From positions 1,007,513 through 1,071,512 of the forward strand of contig MU057989.1 of the NCBI GenBank assembly GCA_013265495.1: 64,000 nt of DNA, written 5' to 3'. A program made the position numbers and the translations under genes. The stretch comes from Vicugna vicugna. Its lineage: Eukaryota. The notes beneath the pieces were generated by a model. That model had not been told where the DNA came from. It saw only the letters and a program-made list of their open reading frames with translations, and did no database searches. Shown piece after piece: positions 1 to 12,090 of this stretch (its first letter is position 1; every line of letters starts with the position of its first letter).

Positions 1-1781
1 AGAATATGCTAAATAGTTTTTGCCCAACCAGATCATGAACAAATGTATAAACAGATTTATAACTAGAACAAGAAATGTTCTTTCAGGGCGGGGGGTGGGT
101 GGAGAGAAAATCTTAAGGTGATTTAGCCCAGAACTCCTGTCGCTAACACTGCAGGCGTGTGATGGTGAGGTCAGCAAGGGTGCACACCCCAATGGAGAGA
201 AACACACACGCCATCTAGGATGGCAGACAAACACAACAAAGCATTTATTTTTGGCTTTGAGCCCTATTTCTCTACTTAAATACTGCTCAGTTAGTTGGAA
301 GCCCAAAGAAACAATTTCTGCCCAACTAATGAGGCATATTTGGAAGCTCTGTTTCCATTCCCCTCCCCACTCGGCTTTCCCCAGCCCCTGCTCCGTGGCA
401 GCCCGAGCAGAGGCCATCTCCAGACCGTGTGGACACTGAGGGAATTTTATCTATATTCACCCTGTCACATGTGCCAGAGAGTACAGGGAAGGGCAGGGTC
501 TAATACCCTACCCTAAACAGGGGTGATTTTAGCACCCCCACCTCAACCACCAGGGGACCCTGGGCCAGGTCTGGAGACCTTCTTGGTTGTCACAGTGAGG
601 GGACTGGACATGACTGGCATCTAGTCAGTGGGGCCAGGGATGCTGCTCAATATCCCACAGTTCATAGGATGGCATCCGCTATAAGGAGCTATCTGGCCCA
701 AAGTGTCGATCGTGCCAAGGTTGGGAAACCCTGCACTAAATGAACAGAGCACATGACGGGAACGATACACGTGTGCTGTCTGTAAACCTGGACGCAGTAA
801 CAGCACCCAGTACCCAGATGCGGGGTATCACGGAGTCCGACACCGTGAAGTAAACTGGACCCTCCAGCCAAGCGCCACATGAGGATGCCTTAAGCTGAAG
901 TGCCAATACAGTGAGTTTCATATCTGTTCATAAATGTGGGTAAGCAGGGACATACTGGATCAAAGCCGTATCAACGGGCCATCATCCTGACCAATATATC
1001 ATTGTGCCATTTGAGAGCACAAAACAGCGAAGTAGAATTGTTTTAACTGTCTCCATTTTCTTAAAAAAATGGAAATGGCAAATATTTAAACTATAAACAA
1101 AAGGTACCAGTGAGGGAACTGAATCAAAAGTGAAAACTGAGGAACAACTAATAAACTAGAGTGATTTCACATGCCCAAGGTCAATCATGTTAATTCCTTG
1201 GTAGTTGATTATGACAGAAATGGGTACAGTTAGATGGCTACCAAGAGATCTCTGTTCTGGTAATCAAATACTGTCATACTCTTGGCAAGCCCGCACACAC
1301 TCTTCCAACGAGCTACATCACAAGATTCACCCATACCAACAAAATTTAACATAATCATGAAACACTGGATTTCAAGAGACGTAGGAGTACTTGAGAAAGT
1401 GGTCTCTGAAATAAGACCCACACCAGCCCCCTAAGCAAGATGTAAGGAGAACCAGCTTTACTATTATTATTTACCATTAGCTTTCAGAAGTCCCCAAAGA
1501 CATCACAGGTTGCAGAAAAAGAAAACAGAAACTTGAGTGCGAAGCAGCTTTATGCAGTGTGAACGGAAAATGCAGGTGCACAATATGTCAAAAAAAAAAA
1601 AGCAAAGATATTAAAAATGCAAAATGCTGCCAACTTTATACTAAACTTAAAAATCATAAAAACCAAATGGAAGACCATTCTGAGTCGTCTGCCACAGACC
1701 CGAAGGCTGTTTATTATTTCACATGTTCTACTGCAGAATTAATATCAAGTTTTAGAAGTAGGAGAAAAAAAAAAAACTAAC
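1..1781 (-). other. ADCY9: 5' part of the ADCY9 intron downstream of exon 3
   Basis: Begins at the donor gttagt (1781-1776). The next expected peptide (TCPSCGITF...) is not seen in the window. Confidence 0.88.
515..733 (+). mobile_element. MER20 (hAT-Charlie) DNA transposon
   Basis: gtctggagaccttcttggttgtcaca...ctggcatctagt...ggccagggatgctgct...gtgccaaggttgggaaaccctg follows the recalled MER20 consensus. Confidence 0.85.
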
Positions 1782-1972
1782 CTTAAGGTTATCAAAGGTT
1801 TTGACAGTCTGCGCCAAGTCACTGACACTCCCTGGCGATGCTGTCCCCTGTCCCCTAGGGCCTGAGGACACCCGCGAGCCGTCAATGACCTCAAAGCCAG
1901 AAAGCAAGGCCTCTGAACAGCTGCAATGAGACTCCTTCGCTCTCTGACCCGCTATCAGGTATGTCTTCAAAC
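1782..1972 (-). CDS. ADCY9: Internal coding exon (exon 3 by human numbering) of adenylate cyclase type 9; end of C1a (KTYL) and start of C1b
   Basis: Minus strand reads gctgactgtaatttttaatccatag|GTTTGAAG...GATAACCTTAAG|gttagt. It is 191 nt, phase 1 in and phase 0 out, with an open frame. The peptide closely matches the recalled mammalian ADCY9 segment GLKTYLISGQRAKES...SDLAQTVKTFDNLK. Confidence 0.96.
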
Positions 1973-4900
1973 CTATGGATTAAAAATTACAGTCAGCACA
2001 GGTGGACACCAGCGATGGTCGAAATGCAGCTCAGTCTTGCTCTCTACGCAGGACACGCTCCTGGAAAGTTGAGAGTAAAGTGAAAATGTGAACAGGCTGT
2101 ATTTTACTACTCTGCCCCCATGACCTCTGCAGAGACGCGCAGGCTTAGGGGGACGTCTGCCTCCCAGACCCACCACGTATTCACGTTACGTTTTCCCTGA
2201 ATGATGGCTGCACAGTTCATCTTCTGGGGCTGGAAGGAGCATCACAAAGTTCCTCTTTGAAAGGGTCACATGGCCTCCCGGTGAAGGCAGCTGTGCCGAC
2301 TGACGGTGGATGCTCTATCTTTCTTGGGTTTGTTTCCATCTGGCAATACCGGTCACCTGCATTCACAGTGGTCAGTCTGGGTGTGAGGGTGACCTAGAGT
2401 ACAGACCGTTTTCCCTGCGTCAGGGGTTGCAAACTGCCATGAAAAGGGAGACCATAACGTGCAGCCAGAGGGGTAACTAAGCCCTCACTTGATTCCGATT
2501 TCTTAAGAATCTATTTCCTGCTGGATCCAAACATGCATAGCAGCAACACTCGGTTTGTGTCAAGCTGCAGTCTACGTGAATATTACTCTCTCACAAAATC
2601 CCCATTAAATTAAAAAAAAAAAGTTGGTTAAATGGACAATTAACCTCCAACTTTACAAGTCCCATTAAAAGCTGAAATCACTGTGTAAGCTACACTGCTA
2701 AGTAGCTGCAGCAGGCAGGCTGGTCCCTCTCTGGTTTGCAGAACTACCTGCTGGGAGAGTAACAAGGAGCAGCTTTTCCAGATGGAACTCAAGGAATTTC
2801 TGAAAAAGAAGCAAACCTTATTTAAAGAAATCCACTGTTAGTCCTTAACTGGAATTTAACCAGACTGCGAATTTATGAAAGGGAGTGACAATGTAATCTA
2901 TCCAATAAACATTCATTTTTAGGCCTGATGTGTGCTGAGAATAAAATCAGAACAAAGCAGGGTTCCCAACTGAAAGAGTTGAAGCTGCAGCAGACGGTGG
3001 TAAAGAAAAGTCATCACAGAAGAAGACTCATCAAGAGGTGATATGTGTCCACACTACTGAATCCATACTCAGTTTCCTGCACTCAGTACACATTTAATAA
3101 ATGTTCTAAAATTAATTAAGCAAATAACCCTGGGACTACTTAATTACGAACTCTTCATCATTTTATAATTAAACCACGTTTCATCGCTTTATCTTTCTTC
3201 CTCTCCCTCCCTCCTCATAAAAATACTGTACGGCATATGTTTTTAAGTCAACTGTTCTGAGAATTTGGCATGGGCCTGGGATACCCAGAGACACCCAGGA
3301 GTGCAGCCAAGTCACAGGTGGGAATCCAAAGACCCAGATGAATAATTTTAGATGCTAACTGACCTCAAAGGAGATTGTTAAATGCTCACTCTTAACTAAG
3401 GTCCTGAACTTCCAGGTATTTTTCCCCAACAAAAATGAACAGCCCAATTTATATATAGGACCAATCACAGCCATGACTAACTACATGTATAAACCTGAAA
3501 GGGAAACAGGAACTGGAATACAAAGGAAGATGGAAAGGCACCTTTGCATGAATTTCTCAGACTCTGTTACAGACACCGTTGAACTGATTTTGCGGTTTCA
3601 CCCTGGGAGGGTCGGAAAATACAAGCTCTGTGGGCTAATGAGAGAAAAGCCCTGTTTCCAACCTGTCGTGGGGTCTCTGAGCTGCAAGGGCTCATTCCTG
3701 GCTTCACAAAGCCCGTGTGTGGCGAGGCCTCATCCCTGGAGCTGCTGCAACAGCCCCTCTATGGCTCCCAGGTGTGGCAGCAGATGGGGAGAGGGGCCCA
3801 CAGCAGGGGTGGCCTTGGGGACCAGGAGGAAGGACACGTTTTTTGATTGCAGGGGGTGAGGAGCTGCAGCTAAAGTGAGGAGTCCTATTGTGCTGTGACT
3901 CGTCCTGAACCCAGAAAAGCGTGCCCTGCACGAGGCTCTGCGCCCCGGTCCTGCCCTCAGTCAGCTCACTCACACCAGGAAGGGTTATTGGTCAGGGGAC
4001 CGCTTATCCCTTCCCCATGTGGCTCCGGTCTGGCAAGAGCAGGTGAAGGAGACCCTTCCTGGGGGTAAGACAAGTAAAGCAGAGGCAAAGCGGAGCCTGT
4101 AGACCCGCAGAGCACGACACTGCAGCTGGTCCTCGACGCAGGGACACAGCCTCCACCCAGAACGCGGAGCAGGGCGCTGGCTCTGCAGCACGAGCCCTGA
4201 CGCCTGCCTTGGGGGGTACCTCCCCAAGGCTTGTCACTGCCGCTGTGAGTCGTGACTTCCGAGTTGCTGTTCAGTGGTCAAACATTTATTAAGTGCCTCC
4301 TGCTTACTATGCACTGCTGCGGTGGGAGGCAAGTGTGAACACAGCAGCTGTGACTCTGCCTGTATGGGGCCACTTCCTTAAGGCGGATCTCAGTGGCAGG
4401 CAGCTGTGCCAAGATGCCAGGACCAGGAAGCACAGGAGGGTGGCATCTCACAAAGACTCAGGGCTCAGGGAAGGCCTCCTGGATGAAGGCCCCTCCAAAC
4501 TGAGCACAAGAAAATGAAGCGAGGCCTGAGCAGTGAAAGCCAACGGGACCAGAAACTAGGGCAGCTGTCGTCAGGCCATAGGTGTTACCAGAACAGTTGG
4601 TGAACAAGCCCCCAGAAAGGGAGCCTTTGGCAGGCAGAGCTGAGGGATGAAGACGAGCTCCGTGTGGCTGGAGCAGCCAGAGAGGAGCTGGAGTCCGTGC
4701 AGAGTGCCAGGCAGACCAGCTCCAGGAGGCTCCAAGCTGGGGACAACAGGGTGGGGAGAAGGAGTGAGCAGGCCCAAGGCTGAGGGAAGGCCACCACAAG
4801 TGGGCGGTCAGAGAGTCAAGGGACAAAGGAATTGGGAAATAATGGTGGGGACAGAAACCTACTCTCCCCAAGTGCAGGAGTGACAGGCAATGCTTCCCCA

Positions 4901-4974
4901 GCAGGTGTGACTGATGGGTGACTGCATGTGGCCCAGGGGAGGAGCCCTCAGATTCAGGCTGTGCCCCTCCCAAA

Positions 4975-5120
4975 AGAGTGATGGAATGAGGTCCTTCATC
5001 GCTCTGCATCTTGCTAACAAGAGGACTCAGCCCAAAGGGCTGATGTGAGATCAAATGATTAATACACATGAAAGGGTGCCAGGCACATAGCAAAAACTCA
5101 ATAACGTTGGCTATTATTAC
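4975..5120 (+). mobile_element. MIR SINE 3' fragment
   Basis: gtgagatcaaatgattaatacacatgaaag...caggcacatagcaaaaactcaataacgttggctattatt. Confidence 0.7.
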
Positions 5121-6529
5121 CAGTGTGGGTGTCTGACCTGCTTATCACTGGGTAAGCTCCTTCAATGTACAAAAGCATTTGCAGAACTGTTAAATCAATA
5201 ACTGCCTTGAATTTGTTCCTAATTTGAATTTTTCTTTAGGGTGCCCCTCATGACCAACCTGTATTATTAACACAACAATGCTAGTGGTCCAAAGGGCAAA
5301 CGCACAGATGTGTCCATGGCAAGCAAAATCAGTGAACAAGTTAAGCAACTTTTAATGTATGATTCAATATGGAAAGCTAAATGTAAAGTGAAACCTTTTG
5401 CCAAAACTGGAGCGATATCAACATGATAAAGCCAGGGCTTCGCTGCTGGATATGAGCTATCCCAGGGAACATATCAGGGCCGGGTGACCGGGTCCTAGCC
5501 CCTTTAAAGTCTTCAGTCAAGAGAGGTCATAAGAGATAAGGATTTAATGATTAACCACACACATGGACCCTGGGGTCCAAGTTCGTTAGAATGGCTCTTT
5601 TAGAGCAGAAGGTCAAAATAAGGCAGCTAAATTATTTATTTTGTTAAGTCTAGTGTAAACAAGAGAACAATTACTAAGATTTCTTATACGCTTTCCTGGT
5701 AATTGACTTGAAATCTCACCAGCACTGATGCCTTTTATTAGCTTAATTTTACAGCAGCCAGAGAAGTGAAGGAGGTGTTTCCCACGCACTCCTATCTGGC
5801 AGAGGCGTTGTCTGAGGCTGCGTGTGCCCTGGAGACTGACGTGGTTAACAATCTTAAGTATATCATCAATTCTTTGAGGACAAAAAGCATGCCCTGTACA
5901 CAATTCATGTTTAGTTTTGGTGAACTGAGAGTAACCTGAGTGAGTGCCAAAGTCCATTTTGGAAAAGAAAGACTATCCTGGCCTCTTTATTGTGGTCTTT
6001 TTCTGCAGGACTCTTGCTTTGGAGTGCAATGTCCTCAGTCCAAGAACCAAGGACCTGACTGCCAGTGCAACAAAGAGGAGAAAAACCACGAAGGAAAGAA
6101 TGTTTGGAGGCACGACCTTGGGAGTTAGTAGCGTGACACAGCAAACTCCTAGAAGCTTGCATCACTAATGGTTTGAAACAATAAATCAGTGTGGGCTAGT
6201 TCACAAACATTCTACAATTTTACTTCACTTTGTAATGTATTCTTCCTCATAACTAGGTCTGTAAAGGCCAAGTAGCAATGAGGATGATTTAAACTAAAAT
6301 GCAGTCAGTCAATAAGGAAAATAAAGATTAAAAGTGCTCTTAATTTTAATCTACCAACCAGGGGCTACAAGATTATAAGTATACATATTTCATAATGATC
6401 TATTGCTTCTGCTTAAGACGACCAAGAGTTTTGGTGCGAAAAAGATAACCATTTTCCACCCTGTTAACATCAAAACACTCTGGATGGGCCTACGTCCTTT
6501 ATACTCCCACATGAAACGATTCCTCACAA

Positions 6530-6641
6530 GGTTGTCCCAACACTTGACAATAAACCGCAAGTTCCAGCGGCAAATGGATGTTGTCCTGGTTGTCCCAACA
6601 CTTGACAATAAACCGCAAGTTCCAGCGGCAAATGGATGTTG
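6530..6641 (+). repeat. Exact 54-bp direct duplication with a 4-bp spacer
   Basis: ggttgtcccaacacttgacaataaaccgcaagttccagcggcaaatggatgttg occurs at 6530-6583 and 6588-6641, separated by tcct. Confidence 0.97.
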
Positions 6642-7149
6642 GTGAAACTTAACCTCTTTTTAAAAAATGAAGTCCCAAACAATAAAAAACGAAACGATTT
6701 ACCTAAGCAGGAGAAAGAAACAAGGTGGGCACCATGCCTGCTTAGCCTGCTCTGGACTAAAACTTAGTCCAGACTAAGTCCTGTCCCCCAGCCCACTCCT
6801 GCGGTGGGTGCCCTCTGCACCAGCTTCTACTCTGCGGTCACAGGTAAATGTGCTGCCATCACGGCCAAAGGTGAGTGACCGGGCAGCCACCTAGTGACCA
6901 CGTCCCCGTGAGCCGTCTTCTTTTGAACTTTCCCATTTGGCATTAGTAAGCGCTCCCCTGCTCAATACTGTGTTGCTGAGAACTGACACAGGAAAGCCCA
7001 GTGTCACCACCTTCAAAGACCACCCCTCCCACCTCTAAAAAGCTCCTGAATCAGGGTTTACTACCATGGGCCTTCAAAGGGCTACAATATGAGTTCTCTG
7101 AATGACAGCATTGGGCTGATCATGGAAACAGTCTCCCAGGTACTAATGA

Positions 7150-7255
7150 CCTCATTCATTCATTTCCTCATACACACATTCATTTATCCAGCAAATGAAA
7201 TACTTGCTGAGTCCTTACTGACAGTTAGGATGTGGGCTAAGTGTTGAAAGAGACG
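7150..7255 (-). mobile_element. L2 3'-end fragment
   Basis: cattcattcatt...cagcaaatgaaatacttgctgagtccttactg...gggctaagtgttg resembles a reversed L2 tail. Confidence 0.55.
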
Positions 7256-8127
7256 GACAGGAGAAAGGAGTGCTCCAGTGTTGGAAACTGAGTGCAGATG
7301 AAAACTGTGACCTGAAAACTCGACTTCGGATTACAAAACAGTCCATAAAATGGAAATCTCAGTCACCTGATAATGACATCATTTCATTGGGCTGTTGTGA
7401 GGATTACACGAGTTAATGCTTTTCCTTAGAGACTCTTCAGAAACACTCAGGAGTAACTCAAGAGTAAACTGAGGAAGGGCATGAAGTAATGCCATAAAAA
7501 ATTAGGTTGCAGAATTGGAAAGATGGCAGCAAATGTGAGGACAATAAGTAAGTGACGAAAAGAGAACTACATGAAGTCAAGTCTGTGCTGACAGGATGTC
7601 CAGAAGCGACATAATCATTTTTACTGTGAGTTTTAGAACACAAAAGGACAACGAAGGTCTGTGATAACTATCTTGGAATACTGTATAAAACAGAGCTTAA
7701 ACAATCACAGGAGGCTATGAAACAAGAGAGCTAGAAGGAGAGGTGTCGGGAACTGAGAGAGACTAAATAAATAAATTGTCATTCACCAAGTAGTAATACA
7801 GGATGGCCATCAGACACAAGAAAGCATGTTGGGTTACAGCTGGAGCAGTTACAGGAGGAGTCAGACTGTAATCTTTTCCCAGGAGAACCCAGAAATAATA
7901 GTTAATTTTAACTTAATAGTTAAACCAATAGTTTAAAAATTAATAATTAATTTTTAAGAGTTGCAGATTTAAGTACAGGACACAGACAATGGAAAACAGA
8001 TTCTAGAAAGAAGATAAATGAAAGACTCAATTTAAAATCTGGGAATAGGTAGCAGCTAAATAATTGAAAATAAAACTAAAAAAAGGGGGGGGACAGAATA
8101 CATTAAACATAGAAATAAAGCTACAGG

Positions 8128-8440
8128 ATGCTAACTGAAAGAAGCCAGCCACAAAAGGCCACATAGTATATAGTTCCACTGATGGGAAATGTCCAGAACA
8201 GGCAAATTCATAGAGACAGAAAGTAGATTAGTGATTGCCAGAGGTTTGGGGATTGAGGGATGGGGAGCAACTTTAAAGGTACAGGCTTCCTTTTGGGGGT
8301 AATGAAAATATTCTAAAATCAGACTGTAATGATGGCTGCACAACTCTGTGAATACTCTAAAAATCACTGACTTGTACACTTTGGTGGCGTGAACTCTACA
8401 GTGTGTTAATTATACCTTTATAAGGCTGTTTAAAAAAAGA
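8128..8440 (+). mobile_element. L1MB-type LINE-1 3' end
   Basis: gaaagaagccagccacaaaaggccacatag...gtccagaacaggcaaattcatagagacagaaagtagattagtgattgccag...aggctgtttaaaaaaa. Confidence 0.85.
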
Positions 8441-10103
8441 AACAAAAGTACGTAAATGTCAAGATGCAACAGTTCTGAGATTCAGAGGAGAAATAAAGTC
8501 AGTAAGAAATACACTATCCTTGGGAATTCAAGGTAAAGAAAAGAGTGGTCAGTGTCAGGTAAGAGAAAAATATTCAAAACAAAGGCCTAGAAATAGATAA
8601 CATGGTAGAGCAGGGATGGAAAAACATATAAATAAAAAATAAGGCTAAATAACCTTGAAGAACTAAAAATTCAACATGGCAAGAGTTCAGAAGTCTGGGA
8701 GAGATTAAACAAAAGAAAACAAAACAAAAGCCTGACCTTCACAAGTTATCTCCAAGAATCATCAAATCTGCAGCACTCACTGCTGCAGGCTGGTCCGGAG
8801 GAGCTGGGCTGACACCCAGGCTCTCCTCCTAGATTGACAGCCCCCAACGACAAGGGTTCACCACACCATGTGGCAAGGCTGCCCCCTGGCCACCACACAC
8901 AGACGGCAGGGTTCTCCCCTGCCCACCTCTCCTCTACAAAGGCATCTTCTTCTGATGTGGGGCAGCTCCACCCGCACGACACTTCCTATGAGCATCTTCA
9001 GCTGGGAAGAAAGGCAGCTCGCCCTGCCTCACCCGGAAACTTCACATTATGCAAAAAAAAAAAAAAAAAAGACACAATTCTTACCATTCCTGACTAGGCT
9101 TTCCTGGGAGTAACCACACTGGGGCCTTCACCACCTGTTCCTTCATGGAAATGTTTATCCAGGCTCTGGCTTGCTCCCAATCACATTTCCAGCACAGTCA
9201 CATGCCTGCTGAGAATTTCCTCACTTTTCAAGTCAACCCGTTTTCAGGGCACATTAAGTTTGCTCTCTTTTGATGAGTGTTTTGCATACTGGCTGGAACA
9301 CTGACAGACAGTTTCCCAAACTGTGTTTTCTTGTTCCCATAGACAGACTTACTCGAGCCTTAGAACTGAGAAACCCAAAACCTCTACTTTCTGGTCAAGA
9401 AGCAGCATCTTCAAAATTTCCAGTTTCTCTAATTTCATTTCAGCACGGAAGCAGTCTTTCTTTTTAGAAGAATCCAAGCTGTGTTTGTGTGGTGTGTTCC
9501 TAATAACCTTCTCCTCGGCTAACCAGATGAGGAGTGGAGGATGGGGCCATCCCTACTCAGGGGGTCCCTGGCTGGGTGACTCGCTCTCCCACTGCACGGG
9601 TGTGTGGCTGTAATTCATGCCTCAAAGAAAATCACAACCATGTTGAAGACTCTCACACAAGCATAAAACTGAAAGTGAAACTAAGGCAGTGAGTAGCGAG
9701 GGCCCACATATGCAAAGAGGACTCTTGTCCGGGGCACATCAACACGCAGAGATGGGAATGACATAAAAAAGTGCCCTGGGGCTGCACTCAACAGCCCCTC
9801 ATTCACAAGAACGTGGTGGATGAGTCTTTACAGGTCCCTGGGTCTCAGGGTGGAGAGTGGGCTCCGCTACAGACCCCAAAGGAGACGCAGATGCAGGTCG
9901 AAGGCCTGGGGTTCAGACACCCCGGAAGAGAGGCTGCAGACACCCCAGCAAGCAGGTCCTGGCCACAAGAGGTGCTGCCCCAAACCACACAGCCGAATGC
10001 TTGGAGAAGAGGAGGCATGAAGGACAGCTAACATCATGGGAAGGAAACAAGGTGTTGTTCTGAATAACACTAGGCCACACTGCAGACACGGACACACAGC
10101 CCA

Positions 10104-10188
10104 AGGATCTACCATGAAGTGTGGTGACTACAGCTGGTAACGCTGTATTATATAACTGAAATCTGCTAAGAGAACAGAACTTAGATGT

Positions 10189-10221
<33 letters not shown>

Positions 10222-10366
10222 AAGATAAATATGCAAGGTGAGGGTTGTGTTAATCAACTAGACAGGGGAACCCTTTCACAATGTATATGTACATCAGGCT
10301 ACAATGTCCATTTTAAATAACTAACAATTTTATTTGTCAATTATACCTCAACGAAACTGAAAAAAA
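10104..10366 (+). mobile_element. L1MA-type LINE-1 3' end containing a (TC)n(AC)n microsatellite (about 10189-10220)
   Basis: gtggtgactacagctggtaacgctgtatta...tgctaagaga...aattttatttgtcaattatacctcaa followed by an A tail. Confidence 0.8.
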
Positions 10367-10619
10367 TGAAGGAAAAAACCCACAGAAATACACCACAATA
10401 TTAACAGGGCAATAGGATTATGGAAAACATCCACTTTCTATATTGGATATTTTTCCTACTTTTTTTAAATGTTTAAAATACGCATGGATTTTTGAATTTA
10501 TTACAAAATATTTTAGACATGGAAACCACAAGGGAAAATAGTCTGAAAACCCACCAGGCTAAGAGAAAGAGGTCCCCTGTGCCATCCAGGTTCCCTACCA
10601 CACCTCCTCCCCCACCGAG

Positions 10620-10890
10620 CACAGAGCTACCCTGAATGCCATGGCCAAGTTGCTCCTCCCCATGCGTTTCTTTAGTGTACATACGTATGTAACACTATAC
10701 AATATGCATCATTAATATGTTTCTTTACATTTACATAAATTACATTGTTTTACAAATATTCTTCTGAAAGCTGCTTTTTTTTTGATCCAGCAGTATGTTT
10801 GAAACTCATCCATATTGATATATGTGATCCACGTTCATTTATTTTTTTTAATACTATAAAGTGTCCCACTGGCTAGATACACCATGATTC
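10620..10890 (-). mobile_element. Old L1 (L1ME-like) fragment
   Basis: Degenerate reversed L1 3' motifs (tgaaactcatccatattgatatatgtgatccacgttcattt). Confidence 0.5.
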
Positions 10891-10898
10891 AAAAAAGG

Positions 10899-10975
10899 AA
10901 ACCTCAAAGTATTCAATTAATTAACACCAATGATAAACCTCAAAGTATTCAATTAATTAACACCAATGATAAACC
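10899..10975 (+). repeat. Exact 36-bp tandem duplication
   Basis: aaacctcaaagtattcaattaattaacaccaatgat twice (10899-10934, 10935-10970), then a partial aaacc. Confidence 0.97.
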
Positions 10976-11598
10976 AATGTGTTCTGTTAAAAATAAGGAA
11001 CAAATATGATAAACGGGGTAAAGATATACCGAATGCAAAAATACCACTGATTCAAAGAACACATTGTAAATATGCATTTAAGAAAGAAATGGAACTTGTG
11101 GAGACTAGTTTAAAAAAAAAACAAAAACCAGTAGAGGAGCTCAAGGATGGAAGAAAAGCTGCTGGAAAAAAAAGTCAAAGAAATCAAACTCAGGGGAGAT
11201 GGCAGGCCAAGCACCACAAGACCACAATGAAATGGAAAAAACAAAACAGGGAAATGAGAGGAATTCAGAGCTCCTCGAACTGTAAGCAAACAAGGCTGGG
11301 AGGCAATAACTTCACAGCCCTGGTTAAGAAAGTCCTCATGACTGCGGTAGATTTAGGCCACACGCCTGCCACTTTCCAAAATTAGGAAATGGACAGAGGG
11401 CCCCAGGGAGTAAATGAGGACCAGGTTGACTCAACCCAAAAAGGTCAAGGGCTCAGCCATACACAGCTGGGCTGAGAGGGGTGAGAGGTGGAACCAGAGC
11501 AGAAAGTTCAGGATGGTTCCAGAAGACTGAAGGCGTGTTCAAGGGTTTGATGAGATACTACAGGAAGTGGGCTACTGGGGTGTGTGAAGAATCTAGAT

Positions 11599-11798
11599 CC
11601 GGGCTGTCCAAGAGAACTGCCTCTGATGACAGGACAATCCTCCAGCTGTCAGGTCAGCAGCCACCAGCCACATGTGACCACCGGGCACTCGAAATGTGGC
11701 TCATCTGAGTGAAGAACTGAATTTCTCATGTTTTCTCATTGTAACTTAAATTTTAAATAGTGACATGTGACAAGCTGCTGCCATACTGAACAGTGACG
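11599..11798 (+). mobile_element. MER3 (hAT-Charlie) with 8-bp TSD
   Basis: gctgtccaagagaact...gccaccagccacatgtg...gaaatgtggct...gaagaactgaattt; flanked by atctagat (11591-11598) and atctggat (11599+200, i.e. 11799-11806), the typical nTCTAGAn target. Confidence 0.85.
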
Positions 11799-12090
11799 AT
11801 CTGGATCCTTCCTTATTGGAAAACAGGAGTGAACTGGCAACAGAAAGCTCCTTCTTATCTTTACTAACTAGAGAAGAGGTGTAAGAACTATTTTTTAAAA
11901 AAAGAGCAAAGAGGAAAACTAAATGTGAAACCAGCATTAACTTTTATTTATTACATATTTAAGTAGCAAAGACAAGGGGGAAATTACCCTGTACACTAAG
12001 AGCAGGGATAGCCAAATGGAAAATAGGAGAGAAACAGATAATCAATCAAACAAAATGGTAGATAACCTCTAAGAATAAGAAAACAGGAGG

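Noticed and set aside
2190..2393. Possible minus-strand cassette exon upstream of exon 3
   Set aside because: Weak acceptor and donor, and stops in all three frames
4458..5093. Longest ORF in the track (211 aa, minus)
   Set aside because: Starts inside a MIR fragment, has low-complexity Pro/Leu/Ser/His composition from GC-rich DNA, no recognisable domain and no splice context
6530..6641. Repeat-spacer-repeat pattern reminiscent of CRISPR
   Set aside because: Mammalian DNA, only two copies, a 4-nt spacer and no cas genes; it is a simple duplication
9353..9499. Possible minus-strand exon ending at GA|gtaagt
   Set aside because: Purine-rich acceptor and no similarity to AC9 or any protein I recognise
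10966..11385. 139-aa Lys-rich plus-strand ORF
   Set aside because: Reflects A-rich composition, possibly degraded L1-derived sequence; no domain or splice support
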